Part shown: piece by piece, positions 9,671-18,064 of the stretch | How the letters are laid out: each line of letters starts with the position of its first letter | Position numbering within the stretch: position 1 is the first letter of the stretch | DNA from: Candidatus Nanopelagicales bacterium | Lineage (GTDB): Bacteria > Actinomycetota > Actinomycetes > S36-B12 | Length of the DNA stretch: 46,909 bases | Assembly: GCA_044360385.1 (NCBI GenBank) | Contig: JBIKKK010000002.1 | Location: 1 to 46,909 of the forward strand | Direction of reading: 5' to 3' | The notes under the pieces: generated by a model | Seen by the model: the letters and a program-made list of their open reading frames with translations, nothing else | What the model was told of the DNA's origin: nothing | Databases searched by the model: none | Program-made: the position numbers and the translations under genes

Positions 9671-10975
9671 TCAGCAGGGCAGGTCGTCGAAGGGGCCGAT
9701 GGCCGCGTATGTCACCGGCTCGCGAAGCAAGTCACCGGCAAGCACGCCGATGTCCTCGGCCGTGACCGCATCGATGCGAGAGACGATGTCGTCCATCGAG
9801 GGGATTTCGGCGTAGAGGAGCTCGCCCTTCGCGATCCGACTCATGCGTGACCCGGCGTCCTCCTGCCCCAGCACCACGCTGCCGCGCAACTGACCGCGCC
9901 CGCGCCGCATCTCTTCGTCGCTCAGCCCGTGCTCCGCGACGTCGGCGACCACGGCGTGCGTGACCTCAAGGACCTCGCGGACCTTGTCAGGCAGGCAGCC
10001 GACGTAGATCCCCGTGTAGCCGGTGTCGGCAAAGCTCGAGATGAACGAGTACACCGAGTAGGCGAGTCCTCGCTCCTCGCGAATGCTCTGGAAGAGCCGA
10101 CTCGACATGCCGCCGCCGAGCGCAGCATTGAGTACGCCGAGGGCGTAGCGACGATCGTCGGTGCGCCGGATGCCCCCGAGGCCGAGGACCAGGTGCGCCT
10201 GCTCCGAGGTCCGGTGCGTGATGCCCCGCGCGCCCCTGCCCCGCGCCACGGGCGCGCGTCGCGTCGATCGGAGGGAACCGGGCGCGGCAGGGGTGTCCGC
10301 GTCCCGGAAGGCCGCCCGCACGTGCGCAACCACCTCATCGTGGTCCACGGCGCCCGCGGCCGCCACCACCATGCTCGGGGCGACATAGTGCCGGCGATAA
10401 AAGCTGCGGATGCCCTGGGGAGTGAGGGCCTCCAGCGACTCCTGCGTGCCGAGAATCGGACGGCCGAGGGGGGTGTCGCCGTAGTGGGTCCGCATGTAGA
10501 GATCGTGAACGACATCACCGGGATCGTCGTCATTCATTGCGATCTCTTCGAGGATCACCTCGCGCTCGCTCTCGATGTCCGCCGAGTCGAGCCTGCCGTT
10601 GAGGACGACGTCGCAGACAGTCTCGATGGCTAGGTCGGTGTCGTCGTCGAGCACACGTGCGTAGTAGCAGGTGTATTCCTTCGTCGTGAAGGCGTTCATC
10701 TCCCCGCCCACAGCCTCGACAGGCGCCGTGATCTCCCACGCACTGCGGGTGGTCGTGCCCTTGAAGAGCAGGTGCTCCAGGAAGTGCGCAGCGCCGGTCT
10801 GGCGTGGGGTCTCGTCACGAGACCCCACGCCAATCCAAGCTCCGAAGGAGACCGAGCGGACGCCGGGCACCGATTCAGTGACGACGCGCAGGCCGTTCGG
10901 GAGGGTGGTGCGGCGCACGACAGCCCCGTCGGCACCCTCAAGCAGAGTGCGGGTGCGGGCCCTGCGCGCCGTCAT
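9671..10975 (-). CDS. M16 family (pitrilysin/insulinase-like) zinc peptidase
   Basis: Inverted zinc motif HFLEHLLFKG (HxxEH). Start at ATG 10975, 7 nt after the pnp stop. The ORF-track extension to 11173 overlaps pnp. Confidence 0.85.
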   Translation of the reverse strand: MTARRARTRTLLEGADGAVVRRTTLPNGLRVVTESVPGVRSVSFGAWIGVGSRDETPRQTGAAHFLEHLLFKGTTTRSAWEITAPVEAVGGEMNAFTTKEYTCYYARVLDDDTDLAIETVCDVVLNGRLDSADIESEREVILEEIAMNDDDPGDVVHDLYMRTHYGDTPLGRPILGTQESLEALTPQGIRSFYRRHYVAPSMVVAAAGAVDHDEVVAHVRAAFRDADTPAAPGSLRSTRRAPVARGRGARGITHRTSEQAHLVLGLGGIRRTDDRRYALGVLNAALGGGMSSRLFQSIREERGLAYSVYSFISSFADTGYTGIYVGCLPDKVREVLEVTHAVVADVAEHGLSDEEMRRGRGQLRGSVVLGQEDAGSRMSRIAKGELLYAEIPSMDDIVSRIDAVTAEDIGVLAGDLLREPVTYAAIGPFDDLPC

Positions 10976-10982
10976 GCGAGGA

Positions 10983-13190
10983 CTACTCCCCCTCGTCCGA
11001 CCCGGTGTCGCCACCCTCGAGCACAGGGACGAGCGACAGCTTGCCGCGCGGGTCGACCTCCTTGATCTCGACCTGCACCTTGTCACCCACCTTGAGGACC
11101 TCCTCGACGTTCTCGAGGCGCTTCTTGCCCGGAGCGAGTTTCTTGACCTCGGAGATGTGCAGCAGTCCGTCACGACCGGGCATGAGCGACACGAATGCGC
11201 CGAAGTTGGTCGTCTTCACGACCGTGCCGAGGTACCGCTCGCCCACCTCGGGCATGGTCGGATTGGCGATCGCGTTGATCTTGGCGCGCGCGGCCTCCGC
11301 AGCGGCACCGTCGGATGCTCCGATGAAGATCGTGCCGTCATCCTCGATGGTGATGTCGGCGCCGGTGTCCTCCTGGATCTGGTTGATGATCTTGCCCTTC
11401 GGCCCGATCACCTCACCGATCTTGTCCACCGGGATGTTGACCGTGATGATCCGCGGTGCGTAGAGCGACATCTCACCCGGAGCTTCGATGGCCTCGCCCA
11501 TGACGTCGAGGATCGTCAGCCGAGCCTCGTGAGCCTGATCAAGAGCATCCGCGAGCACCGAGGCCGGGATCCCGTCCAGCTTGGTGTCCAGCTGCAGGGC
11601 GGTGATGAAGTCCTTCGTGCCGGCCACCTTGAAGTCCATGTCGCCGAAGGCATCCTCGGCGCCGAGGATGTCGGTGATGGCGACGTACTCCGTCTTGCCA
11701 TCGACGTCACCGCTGATGAGGCCCATGGCGATGCCGGCCACAGGTGCCTTGAGGGGCACGCCCGCGGCCATGAGCGACATCGTGCTCGCGCAGACCGAGC
11801 CCATCGACGTGGAGCCATTGGAGCCCAGTGCCTCCGACACCTGTCGGATCGCGTAGGGGAACTCTTCGCGCGAGGGGAGCACCGGAAGGAGTGCGCGCTC
11901 GGCGAGAGCACCGTGGCCGATCTCGCGACGCTTGGGCGAGCCAACTCGACCCGTCTCGCCAGTGGAGTACGGCGGGAAGTTGTAGTTGTGCATGTAGCGC
12001 TTGCGATTGTCAGGCGACAGCGTGTCGAGCCACTGCTCGAGCTTGAGCATGTTGAGCGTGGTGACACCCAGGATCTGCGTCTCGCCGCGCTCGAAGAGCG
12101 CTGAGCCGTGCACCCGCGGGATCACATCGACCTCGGCCGCAAGCACGCGGATATCGCGGGGACCGCGACCGTCGATGCGCACCTTGTCGCGCAGGACGCG
12201 CTCACGCACACTCTTCTTGGTCACGCTGCGCAGCGCCGCGCTGATCTCCTTGTCACGGCCGTCGAAACGACCCGAGAGGGAGGCGACGACATCGGCCTTG
12301 ATGGCGTCGAGCGCATCCTCGCGCTCCGCCTTGCCCACGATCGTCAGGGCCTTCGCCACCCGATCCGCAGCGATCTCCGAGACGGCGTCGTAGACGTCAT
12401 CCTGGTAGTCGAGGAAGACAGGGAAGGAGCCCACCGGCTTGGCGGCAGCATCGGCGAGCTGCTGCTGCGCCTCGCACAGGGCCTTGATGAACGGCTTGGC
12501 GGCCTCAAGCCCGGAGGCGACCACGGACTCGGTCGGCGCGGTCGCACCGCTCGCGACGAGATCGATCGTGCCGGTCGTGGCCTCGGCCTCGACCATCATG
12601 ATCGCCACGTCGTCGCCGACGATGCGGCCAGCGACCACCATGTCGAAGATCGCGCGCTCGAGGTCGGAGTGGCGCGGGAAGGCCACCCACTGGCCGTCGA
12701 TGAGTGCGACGCGCACACCACCGATGGGGCCAGAGAAAGGCAGACCGGCGATCTGCGTCGACGCAGACGCCGCGTTGATCGCGAGCACGTCGTAGAGATC
12801 ATCGGGATTGAGCGCCAGCACCGTCACGACGATCTGGATCTCATTGCGCAGGCCTTTGACGAAGGACGGGCGCAGCGGGCGGTCGATGAGGCGGCAGGTG
12901 AGGATCGCATCCTCGGTGGGCCGCCCCTCGCGACGAAAGAACGAGCCGGGGATGCGGCCGACTGAGTACATCCGCTCCTCGACGTCGACGGTGAGCGGGA
13001 AGAAGTCGAAGTGCTCCTTGGGCTGCTTCGACGCGGTGGTGGCACTGAGCACCATCGTCTCGTCATCCAGGAAGGCAGCGACGCTGCCAGCGGCCTGGCG
13101 CGCGAGGCGCCCGGTCTCGAAACGGACGGTACGGGTGCCGAAGGCGCCGTTATCGAGCACGGCCTCGGCGGTGGTGAGGGAACCCTCCAC
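10983..13190 (-). CDS. pnp: Polyribonucleotide nucleotidyltransferase (PNPase)
   Basis: Two RNase PH domains plus KH and S1 ([24 protein letters not shown], ...[20 protein letters not shown]). Start at GTG 13190, preceded by AAGGAG with a 6-nt spacer. Confidence 0.95.
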   Translation of the reverse strand: MEGSLTTAEAVLDNGAFGTRTVRFETGRLARQAAGSVAAFLDDETMVLSATTASKQPKEHFDFFPLTVDVEERMYSVGRIPGSFFRREGRPTEDAILTCRLIDRPLRPSFVKGLRNEIQIVVTVLALNPDDLYDVLAINAASASTQIAGLPFSGPIGGVRVALIDGQWVAFPRHSDLERAIFDMVVAGRIVGDDVAIMMVEAEATTGTIDLVASGATAPTESVVASGLEAAKPFIKALCEAQQQLADAAAKPVGSFPVFLDYQDDVYDAVSEIAADRVAKALTIVGKAEREDALDAIKADVVASLSGRFDGRDKEISAALRSVTKKSVRERVLRDKVRIDGRGPRDIRVLAAEVDVIPRVHGSALFERGETQILGVTTLNMLKLEQWLDTLSPDNRKRYMHNYNFPPYSTGETGRVGSPKRREIGHGALAERALLPVLPSREEFPYAIRQVSEALGSNGSTSMGSVCASTMSLMAAGVPLKAPVAGIAMGLISGDVDGKTEYVAITDILGAEDAFGDMDFKVAGTKDFITALQLDTKLDGIPASVLADALDQAHEARLTILDVMGEAIEAPGEMSLYAPRIITVNIPVDKIGEVIGPKGKIINQIQEDTGADITIEDDGTIFIGASDGAAAEAARAKINAIANPTMPEVGERYLGTVVKTTNFGAFVSLMPGRDGLLHISEVKKLAPGKKRLENVEEVLKVGDKVQVEIKEVDPRGKLSLVPVLEGGDTGSDEGE

Positions 13191-13415
13191 GGGTAACTCC
13201 TTAGGGCTACGGTCGCATGCGACCGGACGCGCGCCAATCGTCATCGCCGGAATGCGCGATCACATGATCGCGTGCGCATCGCGGCGACTGCCCTATCGGG
13301 AGCGGTCTTCGATCGAGGCCGCCGGGTCATCCGACCCGGGAGCCACTACCGAGGACCGACCGATCGTGGGCGGCGCGGCGTCGTGTGTGTGATGACTATT
13401 TAGTTGTTTGGATTC
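13191..13415 (-). promoter_or_regulatory. Structured pnp 5' leader (candidate Actino-pnp-type autoregulatory element)
   Basis: 225 nt of non-coding sequence upstream of pnp holds several perfect hairpins. These are GGTCGCATGCGACC (13211-13224), CGCGATCA-CA-TGATCGCG (13255-13272) and CCGGGTC-ATCC-GACCCGG (13322-13339). A conserved RNA motif upstream of actinobacterial pnp genes is known. Confidence 0.4.
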
Positions 13416-13501
13416 GGATCCGTCAGCGACGGATCCAGTTGCTGTCCCGGATCCATCAGCGACGGATCCCGGGCTCCCGCGGATCCGTCAGCGACGGATC
13501 C
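13416..13501. repeat. Three tandem copies of a 21-nt palindromic hairpin; the promoter-proximal copy spans the rpsO stop codon
   Basis: GGATCCGTCAGCGACGGATCC at 13416-13436 and 13481-13501. GGATCCATCAGCGACGGATCC at 13449-13469. Each has a 9-bp stem and 3-nt loop, and the spacers (12 and 11 nt) are unrelated. Confidence 0.9.
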
Positions 13502-13757
13502 CGAGACGCTCGATGATCGCGCGGTAGCGCGCGATATCCGTGCGCTGCAGGTACTGGAGGAGGCGGCGGCGCTGGCCCACCAGGATGAGCAGACCACGGC
13601 GCGAGTGGTGGTCGTGCTTGTGGCTCTTCAGATGCTCGGTGAGGTCGCTGATGCGACGCGTGAGCATGGCCACCTGGACCTCGGGGCTGCCGGTGTCCTC
13701 AGGGGATGAGCCGTACTCGGAGATGATCTGCTTCTTGGTGGCGCTATCCAGCGACAT
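13488..13757 (-). CDS. rpsO: 30S ribosomal protein S15
   Basis: 89 aa, [16 protein letters not shown]...[35 protein letters not shown]...; classic S15. Confidence 0.97.
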   Translation of the reverse strand: MSLDSATKKQIISEYGSSPEDTGSPEVQVAMLTRRISDLTEHLKSHKHDHHSRRGLLILVGQRRRLLQYLQRTDIARYRAIIERLGIRR

Positions 13758-13870
13758 GATGTCCTCCCGGGCGCGTCGGTCGCCTCGGCCTCGAGCCAGC
13801 AGGCGGTGACCCCGGCGGGGTCGTCACGAGTCCCCGGGCGCCCGCCCTAGGACCGTCAGGCCTCAGGGTA

Positions 13871-14776
13871 TCAGCCGCTGAAGGCTGCCTGAGCCGCGGC
13901 GACGTCCCGGGCCATCTGCTCGACGAGATCAGCCACGGAGGCGAAGACCTGCTGGCCGCGCAGGCGCGCGACGAGGTCCACGCCCACGAAGGCGCCGTAG
14001 ATCTCCAGGTCATCGCGCCCGATCGCATAGGCCTCGACCCGGCGGTCCTGGCCGGCGAACTGGGGATTGGTCCCGATCGAGACAGCCGCGGGGAGCCGCT
14101 CGTCACCCACGATGAGCCAGCCGGCGTAGACACCGTCGGGAGGCAGCGCCATGTCGAGTGCCACATCGACATTGGCCGTCGGGTAGCCGAGCTCGCGGCC
14201 CCGCTGGTCGCCTCGCACGACAATGCCCTCCACGCGATGCGGCCTGCCGAGCATCGCAGACGCCAAGCGCAGGTCGCCCTCAGCGATGCTCGCGCGTATC
14301 CGAGTGGACGACCACGCGCCCTCGGAATCCCCGGGGACCGTCTCAGCGACCAACGGAATCGTCTGCACGTCGAAGCCGAGGGCGCGCCCGAGGTCGGTGA
14401 GCATCTGCGTATCACCCGCGGCGCGGGCGCCAAACCGAAAGTTGTCGCCGACGATCACCGCATCGGCGGCGATCGATGGGGCCTCGCGCAGCATCTGAGC
14501 GAATTCCTCGGGACTGCGTGAGGCCAGCTCCGACGTGAAGTGCAAGACCACGACCTCATCGGCACCGGCTTCGCGCAGCAATGCGACTCGACGCTCGACC
14601 GACGTGAGCCGCGCCGGGGCGCGATCGGGACGCAGCACCGCTGCAGGATGAGGATCGAAGGTCACGGCCACGACTCGAGCGTCGTCGCCCTCGCCAGCGC
14701 GCTCACGGGCCCTCTGGACCAGGGCCTGGTGGCCGCCATGGACGCCGTCGAAGTTGCCAATGATCGCGACGCGCAC
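13871..14776 (-). CDS. ribF: Bifunctional riboflavin kinase / FAD synthetase
   Basis: IIGNFDGVHGGHQ (FMN adenylyltransferase motif) and PTANV...EAY (riboflavin kinase). Start at GTG 14776; in-frame TTG 14845 is an alternative. The ORF-track start at 15214 overlaps the divergent gene. Confidence 0.9.
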   Translation of the reverse strand: MRVAIIGNFDGVHGGHQALVQRARERAGEGDDARVVAVTFDPHPAAVLRPDRAPARLTSVERRVALLREAGADEVVVLHFTSELASRSPEEFAQMLREAPSIAADAVIVGDNFRFGARAAGDTQMLTDLGRALGFDVQTIPLVAETVPGDSEGAWSSTRIRASIAEGDLRLASAMLGRPHRVEGIVVRGDQRGRELGYPTANVDVALDMALPPDGVYAGWLIVGDERLPAAVSIGTNPQFAGQDRRVEAYAIGRDDLEIYGAFVGVDLVARLRGQQVFASVADLVEQMARDVAAAQAAFSG

Positions 14777-14856
14777 GTGCGAAGCCTGCCACGCGACCCT
14801 CGCGTGCGAGGATGTGACCTCCGGGCGCCCGGGCGCCCCGGTCAACGGGAGACCAT

Positions 14857-15939
14857 GTGGCGGATCGCCTGCTACTGCACATCGGCACGCAGAAGTCGGG
14901 TACGACGTACCTCCAGCGCGTGCTCGCGCGCCTGTCTGGCGAGCTGAAGCGCGATGGCGTGCTCTACCCCACGCGCCTTCAAGGCCGTCGGGAGGTCTAC
15001 AACCACGAGGCTGCCGCCTACGGCCTCCTCGGCACAGCATCGTTCCCCTGGGTGGCGCAAGCTCAAGCCGAAGAGCAGGCCGGTGCATGGGAGCGGCTGA
15101 GGCGCATGGTGCAGGACTGGGATGGCACGGCCATCGTGTCCGGCGAGGCCTTCTGCGTGATCGATCCTGCAGCAGCACAGCGACTCGTCGAGTCTCTGGG
15201 TATCCCGAACACACATGTGATCATTACCGCACGCGACCTCGGCCGTGTGCTGCCGAGTTCGTGGCAGCAGCACGTCCGCAACGGCCGCTCGAAAGGTTTC
15301 GAGAGTTTCCTTCAGCACCAGGCGGACCGCCGCGGCGAAGGCTCCGCGCGCGACCTCAAGCGCCGCTGGGACGAGGATCCCGAGCAGACCTTTTGGCGTG
15401 CGTACGCCTTAGGCGGACTCGTTGAGAGGTGGTCACCCCTTGCACGCACGGTCAGCGTGGTCACCGTGCCGCGGAGCGGCGCCGCTCCCGACGAGCTCTG
15501 GCACCGATTCCGTCGCGCCCTGGACCTGGGTCCCGTGCTCCCGGAGACTCCCCCGGCCATCGACGACCTCGAGGCCAACATCGGACTCACCGAGCCCGAA
15601 GTGCTCGTGCTCGCGGCACTCAATCGCCAGGTCGACTCCACCAAGGCCGAACGTCCCGACACGCGAGCGCTCCGAGCACGGATCGTGCGCGACGCCTTCG
15701 CTCCCCGGGCCGATCGAGGCAACCGGGTGCGGATCCCCGATGCCTGGGTTCCGCGCGTCTCCGCGTGGGCCGACGACGACGTCGCAGTCCTGCGCTCGAC
15801 CCCCGCCATCCTCGTCGGCCAAGAGTCTGATCTCGTCGTGGAGCCCCCCTCGGGTTCCGGTGGCGACGGGCCTCGTCCCGACGAGGTCGCGCGCGCCGCA
15901 GGGGCGGCGATCGCCTACCTCGCCGGGCTTGGCGCCTAG
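14857..15939 (+). CDS. Sulfotransferase-family protein (P-loop-like 5'-PSB motif), cytoplasmic
   Basis: N-terminus LLLHIGTQKSGTTYLQ resembles the PAPS 5'-phosphosulfate-binding loop. ITARDLGRVLPSS resembles the 3'-phosphate-binding RDxxxxxxS. GTG start is preceded by GGGAG (5-nt spacer). Confidence 0.6.
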   Translation: MADRLLLHIGTQKSGTTYLQRVLARLSGELKRDGVLYPTRLQGRREVYNHEAAAYGLLGTASFPWVAQAQAEEQAGAWERLRRMVQDWDGTAIVSGEAFCVIDPAAAQRLVESLGIPNTHVIITARDLGRVLPSSWQQHVRNGRSKGFESFLQHQADRRGEGSARDLKRRWDEDPEQTFWRAYALGGLVERWSPLARTVSVVTVPRSGAAPDELWHRFRRALDLGPVLPETPPAIDDLEANIGLTEPEVLVLAALNRQVDSTKAERPDTRALRARIVRDAFAPRADRGNRVRIPDAWVPRVSAWADDDVAVLRSTPAILVGQESDLVVEPPSGSGGDGPRPDEVARAAGAAIAYLAGLGA

Positions 15940-15948
15940 ACTGCCCAC

Positions 15949-16923
15949 GTGCTCGTCCTCGTCTGCGGTATGCACCGCTCCGGATCCACACTGGTCTGGC
16001 AGATCACCCGGCAGTTACTCGACGGGGCAGCCGGATTGCGCAACCCGCGCGGGGTCTCGACCGAGGAGTACCCGGCGGCGGCGGCCAATCCCGACGACCT
16101 CCTCATGGCCAAGGTCCACTTCCGGCCTGCACTCGATCGCGAGGACTTCCCCAACGATGGGGCCCGCTACCTCTACACCTATCGAGATCCCCGGGATGTC
16201 GTCGCATCGCTTTACCGCAAGGGACGGTTCAAGCCCGACGATCCTGAGCGGGGGGCCCGGCCGAGTCGGCACATCGTGCGCCGCGAGCTCCGCGGGGACG
16301 AGTTCTGGACTGCCAAGTCGGATGTCTGGGTCGGCAGGTACGAGGACTTCCGCGATGACGTGCCGGGACTGGTGCGAGCGCTCGCCGGCTATCTCGGCAT
16401 CGAGGTCGATGAGACTCGCATCACGGACATCGTGCGTCAGGTCGACCTCGCCGCCCAAGAAGAGCGCGCCAAGGCTGCACGGCAGCACGGGGTCGACGAC
16501 AACCTGCGTGTCACCTCCAACCACATCACCGACGGCCGTGAGGGAGCCTGGCGTGACACACTCACGTCCGAGGAACTCGTCGCCATCGAGGCTGAGAGCG
16601 CGCGGTGGCTCGTCGAGCACGGGTACGACGTCGAGACAGAGGTAGGGCGGCGCAAGACCGCCGACCTGCGAGGCGGGGCAGTGCCCTCCAAGGAAGCATC
16701 TCCAGCAACCACCTCTCCGCACCGGCGCAAGCAGAGGGGCAGGGCTGTTCCCCTCCTCGCCCTGGCCGCGCTTCTCGGCATCGTTGGGGTTGTGGCAAGC
16801 CTCACACTTCCGGTGCTCTCACCCATCCCCTGGCTAGGCGCCTTGGGCGCTGGCATCGGCGGCGGGTACCTCTGGGGCCACGAAGGCCGTGGAGTCCCGG
16901 CGCGCCGGCGGCGCCTACGCTGA
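15949..16923 (+). CDS. Sulfotransferase with C-terminal membrane anchor
   Basis: VCGMHRSGSTLVWQ (5'-PSB), YTYRDPRDVVASLY (3'-PB) and EGAWRDTLT (GxW motif near the C-terminus of the catalytic domain). Two hydrophobic helices follow (AVPLLALAALLGIVGVVASLTL, WLGALGAGIGGGYLW). Confidence 0.7.
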   Translation: MLVLVCGMHRSGSTLVWQITRQLLDGAAGLRNPRGVSTEEYPAAAANPDDLLMAKVHFRPALDREDFPNDGARYLYTYRDPRDVVASLYRKGRFKPDDPERGARPSRHIVRRELRGDEFWTAKSDVWVGRYEDFRDDVPGLVRALAGYLGIEVDETRITDIVRQVDLAAQEERAKAARQHGVDDNLRVTSNHITDGREGAWRDTLTSEELVAIEAESARWLVEHGYDVETEVGRRKTADLRGGAVPSKEASPATTSPHRRKQRGRAVPLLALAALLGIVGVVASLTLPVLSPIPWLGALGAGIGGGYLWGHEGRGVPARRRRLR

Positions 16924-16932
16924 CCCCGCACT

Positions 16933-16982
16933 TTTCATCACGACGGCGTGGTGCGCCCTTCATCACGACGGCGTGGTGCGCC
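16933..16982. repeat. 25-bp tandem duplication spanning the stop codon of the GT4 gene
   Basis: TTCATCACGACGGCGTGGTGCGCC occurs at 16934-16957 and 16959-16982 (24/24 identical, 25-nt period). The second copy encodes the last codons ...WRTTPS plus TGA of the minus-strand gene. Confidence 0.9.
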
Positions 16983-18063
16983 ACAACTCCCGCGCCCAAG
17001 ACTCCAGGACGGCCACGAAGGCCGGGCCATCAGAAGCCCAATTGGCCTGCGTACGCACCCATGCGCGGCCTGCATCGGCCATCGCCTGGCGACGAACGTC
17101 ATCGGCGTTGAGGCCAAGAATCGCATCCACGGTCGCACTCACCTGACCGAAGGGCACAATCAGGCCCGCACCACTCGACTCGGCTAGGTCGACAGCGAGT
17201 GGCAGCGGCGTCGAGACAAAGGGCACGCCTCGAGCAAGGTACTCGAGCAGCTTCGTGGGCATCGAGTGGCGGTAGTTGGCCTCGTCATGGAGCAGCGACA
17301 GTCCTACGGTGGCGCCCTCGACTCGCCTCAGCGCTTCGGCATTGGGCAGGAATCCGCGCCAGTCGATCCAGCCGCGGCCATGTGCCAGGCCCAGCGCTTC
17401 GCTCACCTCGGGATCGGCATTGCCGATCACCTCGAGCACCACCCCGCGGACGTGGAGCTCACGGCCGACGTCGACGAGTGCGAGACCCCCACGTGCCCGG
17501 GTCAGGCGCCCGACGTAGACGGCGCGTCCCCGAAGTGAACTCGGCACATGCGCCGGCACCACCGGGGTGTTGGGCACGACGGGATGGGGCCTATCGAAAC
17601 GCTTCGCGTAGGAATGCTCAGCGAGCACGATGCGATGCGAGAGCTCCGCACGCGCCTCCGCCCGACGCACCGCGCCGGCCACCGGCGCGACAAGCGGCTG
17701 CGGCATCCAGGGGCGCATGGTGAGGGCCGCCGCCGTGTCCTCGTGGACATCCCACACGATCACCGGATGATCGACACCCCTCGCGGCGAGCAGGGCATCG
17801 GGACTGTGCAGGAGCACTACGTCGTGATGCGGAGCCTCTGACTTCAGGACGCGATGCGTCGCACGAACGGCGGCCAGGCGCTTCCGCCCGACGCTGCGGG
17901 GGATGTCGATCGCGCGCACCCCCTCCCGAGCGTCGGCTCCGTAGGCTGAGAAGGGTGCTGCCTGCGTGACCTGATGCCCCGCCTCGAGAAGGGCGCCGAT
18001 TTCGCGCTCGGCGATGCGTGCGTCACGGGGATCGTGCACCGGGCACACCACCAGTACGCGCAC
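16963..18063 (-). CDS. GT-B fold glycosyltransferase (GT4-like)
   Basis: The C-terminal half has the GT4 nucleotide-sugar domain (VYVGRLTRARG, SMPTKLLEYLARGVPFVST). GTG 18063 lies 1 nt after the ATPase stop and is preceded by GGAGAAGG. ATG 18111 would overlap the upstream gene by 47 nt. Confidence 0.75.
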   Translation of the reverse strand: MRVLVVCPVHDPRDARIAEREIGALLEAGHQVTQAAPFSAYGADAREGVRAIDIPRSVGRKRLAAVRATHRVLKSEAPHHDVVLLHSPDALLAARGVDHPVIVWDVHEDTAAALTMRPWMPQPLVAPVAGAVRRAEARAELSHRIVLAEHSYAKRFDRPHPVVPNTPVVPAHVPSSLRGRAVYVGRLTRARGGLALVDVGRELHVRGVVLEVIGNADPEVSEALGLAHGRGWIDWRGFLPNAEALRRVEGATVGLSLLHDEANYRHSMPTKLLEYLARGVPFVSTPLPLAVDLAESSGAGLIVPFGQVSATVDAILGLNADDVRRQAMADAGRAWVRTQANWASDGPAFVAVLESWARELWRTTPS

Positions 18064-18064
18064 G

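Noticed and set aside
10671-12104. 477-aa plus-strand ORF
   Set aside because: It lies antisense to the unmistakable pnp gene. The translation is Arg/Asp/Leu-rich with no motifs. This is typical GC-driven open antisense frame.
13416-13501. Possible mini-CRISPR array (three identical 21-nt repeats)
   Set aside because: The spacers are only 11-12 nt and there are only three repeats. One repeat lies inside rpsO and there are no cas genes. I interpret this as RNA hairpins.
13400-13709. ORFs 13400-13597 (-) and 13404-13709 (+) with SVSDGS-like repeats
   Set aside because: These are artefacts of translating the hairpin repeats and the antisense strand of rpsO.
14790-14832. Palindromes CACGCGA-CCC-TCGCGTG and CCGGGCGCCCGG in the ribF/sulfotransferase divergent gap
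   Set aside because: Short GC-only palindromes are expected by chance in DNA of this composition, and part of the region may be ribF coding if TTG 14845 is the start. I noted them but do not consider them supported as operators.
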